Assembly (NCBI GenBank): GCA_017889845.1
Contig: JAGGAJ010000003.1
Span: forward strand, 1-32,865
Source: Deltaproteobacteria bacterium
GTDB taxonomy: Bacteria; Desulfobacterota; Deferrimicrobia; Deferrimicrobiales; Deferrimicrobiaceae
Direction of reading: 5' to 3'
DNA: 32,865 nucleotides
Shown: positions 25,537 through 32,865 of the stretch, in pieces
Position numbering within the stretch: the first letter of the stretch is position 1
Layout of the letters: every line of letters starts with the position of its first letter
Program-made: the position numbers and the translations under genes
The notes under the pieces: generated by a model
Databases searched by the model: none
The model's input: the letters and a program-made list of their open reading frames with translations, nothing else
What the model was told of the DNA's origin: nothing

Positions 25537-26211
25537 CTACCCTCCTTCTTCCGCTCGATACAGCGCATGGGCCGCGATGTGCCGCTCCACCTCCGGCGGC
25601 ACCAGCCCACGGATGGACCTCCCCCGCCGAACCTTTTCCCGGATGGATCGCGACGAGATGTCGAGGACCGGAAGGTCGGGGCACAGCAGGCGTCGCCCGC
25701 CGGGCAGGCGGTAGGTGCGTCCCGGTAAACTATAGCAACCGTCCCCCTCCTTTTCAATACGCACCCCCGCCGGGAACGCGGATTCCGGCGGCGTCCCCGG
25801 CCGGGGGAGGAGGAGGAAATCGCACGCCGCCAGCAGCTCCTCCCAGCGGTGCCACGCGGGGATTTCCTGGAACGCGTCCGCGCCGACGAGGAAGAGGACC
25901 CCGACGCCGGGGTTCGCCGCGAGGATCTCCCGCACGGTGAGGAGAGAGTACGACGGGCCTTCCCTCCGCAGCTCCAGGTCGAGGACCGACAGCCCCTCTA
26001 CGCCCGCCACGGCGGCCTCCGCCATGGCGTACCGGTGGCGCGCGGTGGCCACCGGCTGCCGCGGCTTGTGGGGCGGCTGGGCGGAAGGGACCAGGTGGAC
26101 GCGGGGGAGGGGGAGGCCCTCCCGGACCTCGATGGCCATCCGGAGGTGGCCGTTGTGGAACGGGTCGAAGGTTCCCCCGAAGAGGGCGATGCCGGGACGC
26201 CCGCCGTGCAC
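25537..26211 (-). CDS. nadD: Nicotinate-nucleotide adenylyltransferase
   Basis: ALFGGTFDPFHNGH, PPHK, GPSYS, LVGAD, W..W, DISS..IR; TAGTG overlap with proA. Confidence 0.95.
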   Translation of the reverse strand: MHGGRPGIALFGGTFDPFHNGHLRMAIEVREGLPLPRVHLVPSAQPPHKPRQPVATARHRYAMAEAAVAGVEGLSVLDLELRREGPSYSLLTVREILAANPGVGVLFLVGADAFQEIPAWHRWEELLAACDFLLLPRPGTPPESAFPAGVRIEKEGDGCYSLPGRTYRLPGGRRLLCPDLPVLDISSRSIREKVRRGRSIRGLVPPEVERHIAAHALYRAEEGG

Positions 26212-27479
26212 TACCGTCGCACCTGCCCGTCCCCGAGAGCGATGAACTTCGTCGTGGTCAGCTCGGAGAGGCCCATGGGGCCGAAGGCGTGGATCTTGGT
26301 GGTGCTGATGCCGATCTCCGCTCCCAGCCCAAGCTGGTACCCGTCGTTGAAGCGCGTGGATGCGTTGACCAGCACCAGGGATGAGTCCACCTCCCGGAGG
26401 AAGCGCATCGCCCGCCCGTGGTCGCGGGTGAGGATCGCCTCCGTGTGGAGGGAACCGTACGTCCGGATGTGCTCCATCGCCGCCTCCATCGACGGGACCA
26501 CGCGCACCGCGAGGATGAGGTCGAGGTATTCCGTCCCCCAGTCCTCCTCCTTCGCCGGAACGGCGGACGGGACCCACCGTCGCGTCTCCGGGCAGCCGCG
26601 CAACTCCACTCCCGCCGCGGCGAGGGCTTCCGCCACCTTCGGGAGGAAGGCGGGGGCTGCGCCCTCGTGCACCAGGAGCGTCTCCATCGCGTTGCAGACT
26701 CCGGGGCGCTGGGCCTTCGCGTTGACGCATACCGGGACCGAAAGCGTAATGTCCGCCCCCTCGTCCACGTAGATGTGGCAGACCCCTTTGTAATGCTTGA
26801 TCACCGGGATGCGGGACTTCTCCGCGACGCTTCGGATCAACCCCTCCCCCCCGCGGGGGATGATCAGGTCGACGTGCTCCTCCTGGGTCAGCAACGCGTC
26901 GATCGCCGCCCGGTCCGTTCGGGGGATCAGCGACACCGCGTCCTCCGGCAGGCCCGCGGAGGCCAGGGCATCCCGCAGGATCCCGGCGATGGCGGAGTTG
27001 GACGCGATCGCCTCGGAGCCCCCCCGGAGGACGACGGCGTTGCCGGATTTGACGCACAGGGCCGCCGCGTCGGCCGTCACGTTGGGGCGCGACTCGTAGA
27101 TGATCCCGATCACCCCGAGGGGGATCCGCATCCGGCCGACCAGCAGCCCGTTCGGCCGTCGTTCCATCCGCTCGATCCCTCCCACGGGGTCGGGGAGGGC
27201 GGCCACCTCCTCGATGCCGTCGGCCATCTGCCGGATCACCGCGTCGGTAAGGCGCAGCCGGTCGATCATCGCGCCGGAAAGCCCCCGTGCCGCCCCCGCC
27301 TCCACGTCCCGGCCGTTCTCCGCCTTGAGGAACTCCGCACGGGCGCGCAGCCCCTTCGCCGTCTCCCGCAGGGCGTCGTTCTTCGCCGACGTGCCGGCGC
27401 GGGCCAGGGGCACCGACGCCGCTTTCGCGGCACGGCAGATGCGCTCCACCATCGCTTCCGTCGTCTCGTGCGCGCTCAC
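26211..27479 (-). CDS. proA: Glutamate-5-semialdehyde dehydrogenase
   Basis: [68 protein letters not shown]; GTG start overlapping the proB stop. Confidence 0.96.
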   Translation of the reverse strand: MSAHETTEAMVERICRAAKAASVPLARAGTSAKNDALRETAKGLRARAEFLKAENGRDVEAGAARGLSGAMIDRLRLTDAVIRQMADGIEEVAALPDPVGGIERMERRPNGLLVGRMRIPLGVIGIIYESRPNVTADAAALCVKSGNAVVLRGGSEAIASNSAIAGILRDALASAGLPEDAVSLIPRTDRAAIDALLTQEEHVDLIIPRGGEGLIRSVAEKSRIPVIKHYKGVCHIYVDEGADITLSVPVCVNAKAQRPGVCNAMETLLVHEGAAPAFLPKVAEALAAAGVELRGCPETRRWVPSAVPAKEEDWGTEYLDLILAVRVVPSMEAAMEHIRTYGSLHTEAILTRDHGRAMRFLREVDSSLVLVNASTRFNDGYQLGLGAEIGISTTKIHAFGPMGLSELTTTKFIALGDGQVRR

Positions 27480-28711
27480 CGCGGTCCGCCTCCTTTCCGG
27501 GCTCCGGGGGGCCGGGCCGCCGGGAGGATCGTGAGATCGTCCCGGTGGACCACCTCCGCCGGCGTGTCGGGCCCGAGAAGGGTCCGGATCTCCCCGCTGC
27601 GCTTCCCCTTCCCCCGATCCACCTGTTCGCTGCCCCACCGCGCTATCCCGCGGGCGAAGACGCGCCCGCGCCGATCCGCCACTTCCACCGCGTCGCCCGG
27701 CTGGAAGTCGCCGTTCGTCCCGGTCACTCCCGCCGGGAGGAGGCTCTTGCCCCCCTCCAGGAGCACCTTGCGCGCCCCGTCGTCCACCACGATGGTGCCG
27801 TGTACGTTCCGGGCGTAGGCGATCCACATCTTCCGGCTCGACAGCCGGCCGGTTTTCCTCGGCAGGATCAGTGTACCGGCGTCCTTCCCCGCGAGTACGT
27901 CGAGGACGGACCGGCGGGACAGCCCGGAGGCGATCACCACGGGGATCCCGGAGGCGGAGAGAACCCTCGCCGCGTGGATCTTGGAGGCCATCCCCCCCGT
28001 GCCCGTCGCGGAGGCGCGGCGGCCGACGGCGGCGCGCACCGTTTCGTCGTCGAGGTCCTCCACGAGGGGGATCCGGCGCGCGTCGGGGTGCCGGTGGGGA
28101 TCTTTCGTGCACAGCCCGTCGCTGTCGGTCAGGAGGATCAGGAGATCCGCGCCGATCATCTGGGTGACCAGCGTCGCCAGATGGTCGTTGGCGCCCCCCC
28201 CGCCTCCCTCCAGGCGGATCTCCTCGGTGGCCACCGTGTCGTTCTCGTTGACGATGGGGACGATCCCGCGGGAGAGGAGTGTCTCGAGCGTGTTCCGCGC
28301 GTTGACGTACCGTTCCCGGTTCTCGAAGTCCTCGTGCGTGAGGAGCAGCTGGGCCACGTGGCGCCCCCGCTTCTCGAAGGCGCGCTCGTACGCGCGCATG
28401 AGCGTGGTCTGCCCCACCGCCGCCGCGGCCTGCTTGAGGGCCACCGTCCGCGGCCGCTCCGCCATTCCCAGCTTCTTCCTCCCTGCCGCGATGGCCCCGG
28501 AGGTGACGACGACGAACGAGATCCCCGCTCCGCCGAGAACCCGGGCCAGCTGGGCGGCAAGGGCGCGGATCGTGGATTCCCGGAGGCCCGCGACCGGATC
28601 GGCGACCGTCCCGCTCCCCAGCTTCACCACCACCCGTCGGATCCGGCGGGTCGCGAGGATCGTCCCGCGGTCCGGAACCGCGAGGCCGGGGTGCGCGCGT
28701 TCAGGCGACAT
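27476..28711 (-). CDS. proB: Glutamate 5-kinase with PUA domain
   Basis: [40 protein letters not shown] and a C-terminal PUA domain (SLLPAGV, VHRDDL). Confidence 0.95.
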   Translation of the reverse strand: MSPERAHPGLAVPDRGTILATRRIRRVVVKLGSGTVADPVAGLRESTIRALAAQLARVLGGAGISFVVVTSGAIAAGRKKLGMAERPRTVALKQAAAAVGQTTLMRAYERAFEKRGRHVAQLLLTHEDFENRERYVNARNTLETLLSRGIVPIVNENDTVATEEIRLEGGGGGANDHLATLVTQMIGADLLILLTDSDGLCTKDPHRHPDARRIPLVEDLDDETVRAAVGRRASATGTGGMASKIHAARVLSASGIPVVIASGLSRRSVLDVLAGKDAGTLILPRKTGRLSSRKMWIAYARNVHGTIVVDDGARKVLLEGGKSLLPAGVTGTNGDFQPGDAVEVADRRGRVFARGIARWGSEQVDRGKGKRSGEIRTLLGPDTPAEVVHRDDLTILPAARPPGARKGGGPR

Positions 28712-29708
28712 GCGGCTGCCTCCTTCGCAGGTCGACGAGGCCATCGAGCAGCTTCGGAAGGCCTTCCCCGGTGGCCGCGGAGATGTAGTGGGCCGCCCCC
28801 TCGGGGTGGCCGATCGCCCTGCCCGCCCCCTCGGCGTTTTCGCGCGCCCCCGGCAGGTCCATCTTGTTGAAGGCCAGCAGCGTCGGCCGGGCGGAGAGCT
28901 CCGGCCGGAACCGCTCCATCTCGTCCCTGACCGTCCGGTACGCTTCCACGATCCGGTCCGGCTCCTGCCCGGCGTCGAGCACGTGGACCAGCCCCTCCGT
29001 CCGCTCGACGTGCTTGAGGAAGCGGTGTCCCAGCCCGGCCCCCCGGTGGGCCCCCTCGATCAACCCGGGCAGGTCCGCCACGACGAACTCCTCGTCGCGA
29101 TGGCGGACCACCCCCAGAACGGGGGAGAGGGTGGTGAAGGGGTAGTCCGCGATCCTCGGACGCGCACGGGAGATGCGGGAGAGCAGGGTGGATTTCCCCG
29201 CGTTCGGGAGGCCGACCAGCCCGATCTGCGCGATGAGCTTCAGCTCCAGCCGCAGGCATAGCTCCTGTCCCGGCCCCCCGGGTTCCGCCCGGTCGGGAGC
29301 CTGGTTCACGGACGAGGTGAAGGCGGAGTTCCCACGCCCGCCCCGCCCGCCGGGGGCGGCAAGGAATGTCTCCCCCGGGCGGACCAGGTCGGCCAGCGTC
29401 TCGCCCGTCCCGGCGTCGCGGACGATCGTCCCCGGCGGGACGGCGATCCGCAGTTCGGGGGCGCTCTTTCCGTGCATGTTCTTCCCCATGCCGTGCTGGC
29501 CGCGCTTCGCCTTGAAGATGTTCCGGTACCGGAAATCGAGGAGAGTGGACAGGTGGGGGCTCACCTCGAGGAGGACGCAGCCGCCGTTCCCCCCGTCCCC
29601 GCCGTCGGGTCCCCCGCGGGGGACGAACTTCTCCCGGCGGAAGCTGACGCAGCCCCGGCCGCCGTCCCCGGAGCGGACGGTGATCGTGGCTTCGTCGATG
29701 AAGTGCAT
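28701..29708 (-). CDS. obgE: GTPase ObgE/CgtA
   Basis: FRREKFVPRGGPDGGDGG, GLPNAGKST, YPFTTL, ADLPGLIEGA, NKMD. Confidence 0.97.
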   Translation of the reverse strand: MHFIDEATITVRSGDGGRGCVSFRREKFVPRGGPDGGDGGNGGCVLLEVSPHLSTLLDFRYRNIFKAKRGQHGMGKNMHGKSAPELRIAVPPGTIVRDAGTGETLADLVRPGETFLAAPGGRGGRGNSAFTSSVNQAPDRAEPGGPGQELCLRLELKLIAQIGLVGLPNAGKSTLLSRISRARPRIADYPFTTLSPVLGVVRHRDEEFVVADLPGLIEGAHRGAGLGHRFLKHVERTEGLVHVLDAGQEPDRIVEAYRTVRDEMERFRPELSARPTLLAFNKMDLPGARENAEGAGRAIGHPEGAAHYISAATGEGLPKLLDGLVDLRRRQPHVA

Positions 29709-29721
29709 GAACGGGTAGACG

Positions 29722-29979
29722 TCAGGAGGCGGAGAGGACGGAAACCCTCTTGCGGTCTTTCCCCATGCGGCCGTACTGCACCACCCCGTCGATCAGCGCG
29801 AAGAGGGTGTGGTCCTTCCCCATCCCGACGTTCTCGCCGGGGTGGACCGCGGTCCCCCGCTGGCGGACGAGGATGGATCCTGCGGTGACGGCCTGGCCGC
29901 CGAACCGCTTCACGCCGAGACGCTTGCTTTGGCTGTCCCGGCCGTTTCGGGAGCTGCCTACGCCTTTCTTGTGTGCCAT
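29722..29979 (-). CDS. rpmA: 50S ribosomal protein L27
   Basis: [35 protein letters not shown]. Confidence 0.98.
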   Translation of the reverse strand: MAHKKGVGSSRNGRDSQSKRLGVKRFGGQAVTAGSILVRQRGTAVHPGENVGMGKDHTLFALIDGVVQYGRMGKDRKRVSVLSAS

Positions 29980-30001
29980 GGTGTTTCCCCCTGTTCCCGG
30001 G

Positions 30002-30316
30002 TCACCCGACCCGGATCTCGGTAACGGAGAGGGTCGTGAACGGCTGGCGGTGCCCCTGCTTCCGGGCGTACCCCTTGCGCTTCTTGTACTTGTAGACGAG
30101 GATCTTCTTCGTCTTTCCGTTGCGCACCGCCCTGCACACCACGGCGGCGCCGCTCACCGTGGGGGTTCCGACGGTCGTCCCCTGCTCCGTGGCGACCATC
30201 AGGACGTCGGTGAGTTCGACGGTCGCGCCGGCCTCGACCGGCAACTTCTCCACGTTGATGACGTCGCCGGGGGCGACGCGATGCTGCTTCCCCCCCGTGC
30301 GGACAACGGCGTACAT
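30002..30316 (-). CDS. rplU: 50S ribosomal protein L21
   Basis: [24 protein letters not shown]; GGAGG SD. Confidence 0.98.
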   Translation of the reverse strand: MYAVVRTGGKQHRVAPGDVINVEKLPVEAGATVELTDVLMVATEQGTTVGTPTVSGAAVVCRAVRNGKTKKILVYKYKKRKGYARKQGHRQPFTTLSVTEIRVG

Positions 30317-30352
30317 GGCATCGCCCTCCATCCGGTTCGATAAGAACAAATT

Positions 30353-30381
30353 ACTATAGGGACAGCGGTTTCCCGTGTCAA
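30353..30381 (-). promoter_or_regulatory. sigma70 promoter of the rplU operon
   Basis: TTGACA-N17-TATAGT. Confidence 0.85.
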
Positions 30382-30451
30382 CTGCGAAAACCCCCCGGAC
30401 CTTGGGATATAGTACACCCGGGCCCGCACCGGCGGGCCGGAAAGGGGCGTG

Positions 30452-31444
30452 ATGAAGGACGTCGTCATCGTGGGGGGAGGCCCCGCGGGTCTACTCCTGT
30501 CGCTCTGCCTCCAGGAGCACGGCATCGCCTACCGGACGCTGGAGCGGGGGAAGATCGGCCAGACGTGGCGCGACATGCGGCCGGGCCTTGTGCTGCTTTC
30601 GCCCGCCGTCCCCGGCACCGACTGGACCTCCCTGACCCTGCATCACCCCATCTGGGCGCTGCACGGCGTGCGCCGCCCGTTCCCCACCCGCGAGGACTTC
30701 CTCTGCTACGTGGATGCGTTCGCCCGGGAGAACCGGGTCGCCGTGGCGGAGCGGACGCCCGCGACGGCGGCGCGCGTGGTTCCGGGAGGTTTCGCGGTGT
30801 CCACGGGGGAGGGGGAGATCGGGTGCCGCTTCCTCGTGGTCGCGACGGGGGGCACAACGACCCCCCGCTACCCGGAGATCCCGGGGGTGGCCGGGAACCC
30901 GTGCGTCCTCCACTCGAGCGATTTCGTGAACTGCATGGCGTACGACGGGAAGCGGGTGCTGGTGATCGGGGGAGGGAACTCCGCCGCGGAGCTGTGCGTG
31001 GAACTGGCGGGGACCGCGCTGGTGACCCTGTGCACCCGCAGCCCCCTCCGGTACTTCAGCGAAACCGGGGAGCTGGACCACATCCGGGGATCCTCGGAGA
31101 GCGTCCTCAAGGAGCTCATCCGGTTCCGGATCCTCGGCCTCCGGGAGGGGGACCCGGTGGTTTCGGTCAACGACCGCCTCGTGCGGTTCCGGAGCGGGGC
31201 GGAGGAAACCTTCGACTGGATCGTCTGCGGGACGGGGTACCGGCCGTTGTGGCTTCCGGTATCGGGCGGGACGGTGAAGACGGACGCAGAGGGGTTCCCC
31301 GTCATCTCGCGCGTCGGGGAGTCCAGCATTCCCGGCCTGTATTTCTGCGGCTCCCTCGCGATGTTCCACCGCCGCTGCGCCTTCATCCACGGCTTCCGCA
31401 ACTACGTGGAGAAGGTGTTCTGGGACATCGCCGACCGGCTCTAA
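30452..31444 (+). CDS. NAD(P)/FAD-dependent oxidoreductase (FMO-like / CzcO-like flavoprotein)
   Basis: Two Rossmann motifs VVIVGGGPAG and VLVIGGGNSA, G.TW after the first, LHSSDF, VVATG, CGTGY, PGLYF.G. Confidence 0.85.
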   Translation: MKDVVIVGGGPAGLLLSLCLQEHGIAYRTLERGKIGQTWRDMRPGLVLLSPAVPGTDWTSLTLHHPIWALHGVRRPFPTREDFLCYVDAFARENRVAVAERTPATAARVVPGGFAVSTGEGEIGCRFLVVATGGTTTPRYPEIPGVAGNPCVLHSSDFVNCMAYDGKRVLVIGGGNSAAELCVELAGTALVTLCTRSPLRYFSETGELDHIRGSSESVLKELIRFRILGLREGDPVVSVNDRLVRFRSGAEETFDWIVCGTGYRPLWLPVSGGTVKTDAEGFPVISRVGESSIPGLYFCGSLAMFHRRCAFIHGFRNYVEKVFWDIADRL

Positions 31445-32865
31445 CCATCCCGATCCTTCCCGTCCCCCGGAAGACGGTACTGCAGGCCTTCCGCCACGTG
31501 CGGGAGGGCCACCCTTCGCTCCCCCGCCAGGTCCGCGATGGTGCGCGCCACGCGGCACGCCTTCCCGATCGCCCTTCCCGAAAGGGACATCCGCTCTGAA
31601 GCCCGCTGGAGGAACGCCCGCGCTTCGGGAGCCAGCTCGCGCAGGAGTTCGGACGTCGAGGCACGGACCGTACCGCTCGACCGTTGCGGACGCCCCGCGT
31701 ACCTCTCCTCCTGGATGGCGCGGCATGCGGCCACCCGGAGGCGCACGGCGAAGGAGCTCTCGCCGGCGTCATTCGTCGACCATGCCTCCGGCGCCACCGA
31801 CGCCACGGAAACGGCAAGGTCGATCCGGTCGAGCAGGGGGCCGGAGAACTTCCGCGTGAAGCGGGTGACGGCATGCGGGGAACACCGGCATACCCGCTTC
31901 GGGTGGCCCGCGTTGCCGCATGGGCAGGGGTTGGTGGCGGCCAGCAGCAGGAAGCGGCAGGGGAACCGGTACCGGTGGCCGGCCCGCGAAACCCGGATTT
32001 CCCCGGCCTCGAGGGGTTGGCGCAGCCCCTCCCGCGCCTCGGGACGGAATTCCGAGAATTCGTCCAGGAAGAGGACCCCGTAGTGCGCGAAGGAGACTTC
32101 TCCCGGCCTGGGCGGGTTTCCGCCCCCCAGAAGACCGGCGGGGGAAATCGAGGAGTGCGGGGCGCGGAAGGGGCGGCGGAGCAGGGGAGAGGGCCACGGT
32201 GGCTCGCCGGCGGCGCTGTACACCCGCGTCGTCTCCAGCGCCTCGGAAGGGGAGAGGTCGGGGAGGATTCCCGGCAGCCGCTCCGCGAGCATCGTCTTCC
32301 CGCATCCGGGGGGGCCGACCAGGAGCATCGCGTGGGAACCGGCCGCGGCGATCTCGAGGGCCCTGCGCGCCACCGGTTGTCCCGCCACGTCCAGGAGGTC
32401 CGGCTCCCGGCGGGGCTCCGTGCCGCCCCGGGCCGGGGGGGGATCGGGGGGAGCGACCGGGTCCCGGGGCGCATCGCCGGAGAGGACCGCGGCCGCTTCC
32501 CGCAGCGTTCGGACCGCCGCGACGCGCACTCCCGGGACGAGCCGCGCCTCTTCTCCGTTCGCGGCGGGGGTGATGACCCCGGGGACACGTCGCTCCCGGG
32601 CGAGGAGGGCCTGGGAGAGCGAGCCGCGGACCGGGCGCACGGTGCCGTCCAGCGACAGCTCGCCGGCGATCACCCATTTTTCCAGGGCCTCCCCCGGAAG
32701 GACCCCCTCCGCGCACAGGACCGAGAGCGCGATCGGAAGGTCGAACAGGGAGCCGTCCTTCCGGAGATCCGCGGGCGCCAGGTTGATGGTGACCTTCCTC
32801 CCGGGGAAGGGGAGCCCCGAATTCCGGACCGCCGTCCGGATCCGGTCGCCGCTTTCCCGGACGGC
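31441..32865 (-). CDS. comM: YifB/ComM Mg-chelatase-like AAA+ ATPase (5' truncated by window edge)
   Basis: TINLAPADLRK.GS.FDLPIA, GELSLDG, GPPGCGKTML, RPFRAPH, GVLFLDEF, NPCPCG, SGPLLDRID, VARTIADL. Confidence 0.95.
   Translation of the reverse strand, partial: AVRESGDRIRTAVRNSGLPFPGRKVTINLAPADLRKDGSLFDLPIALSVLCAEGVLPGEALEKWVIAGELSLDGTVRPVRGSLSQALLARERRVPGVITPAANGEEARLVPGVRVAAVRTLREAAAVLSGDAPRDPVAPPDPPPARGGTEPRREPDLLDVAGQPVARRALEIAAAGSHAMLLVGPPGCGKTMLAERLPGILPDLSPSEALETTRVYSAAGEPPWPSPLLRRPFRAPHSSISPAGLLGGGNPPRPGEVSFAHYGVLFLDEFSEFRPEAREGLRQPLEAGEIRVSRAGHRYRFPCRFLLLAATNPCPCGNAGHPKRVCRCSPHAVTRFTRKFSGPLLDRIDLAVSVASVAPEAWSTNDAGESSFAVRLRVAACRAIQEERYAGRPQRSSGTVRASTSELLRELAPEARAFLQRASERMSLSGRAIGKACRVARTIADLAGERRVALPHVAEGLQYRLPGDGKDRDG

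Noticed and set aside
29722-30316. Prp/YsxB-type L27 processing system
   Set aside because: No gene lies between rplU and rpmA, and L27 begins MAHKK without an N-terminal extension.
23038-32865. comF and comM as a dedicated competence island
   Set aside because: Both are widespread core genes, here 7.6 kb apart among housekeeping genes, with no pilus or comEC genes.

Overview
GC-rich bacterial chromosomal segment, roughly 65-70% GC by eye. Gene content suggests an anaerobic deltaproteobacterial (Desulfobacterota-like) host, which is an inference. Most of it is housekeeping: the 3' end of monomeric icd, tRNA-Leu(CAA), cvpA, TPP-riboswitch-controlled thiC, an alr-mlaE-mlaF-mlaD-purH-purD-purE-tsaC-DUF1015-trmN6 run, dciA, DUF3343, mltD, a class V aminotransferase, the minus-strand rplU-rpmA-obgE-proB-proA-nadD-rsfS-lapAB-comF-nitrilase-rfaE2 run, a flavoprotein and the 3' part of comM/yifB. 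The accessory part (about 870-4600, at the tRNA 3' end) encodes an 895-aa lipoprotein multiheme cytochrome c with 18 CxxCH plus 8 extended CX4-9CH motifs, followed by a small membrane-anchored partner. Other notable points: MlaD has a long helical region and a predicted C-terminal beta-barrel; two conserved genes (rsfS and the aminotransferase) have no ATG/GTG/TTG start; two genes look leaderless; lapA and lapB are fused. No integrase, transposase, CRISPR array or rRNA was seen.
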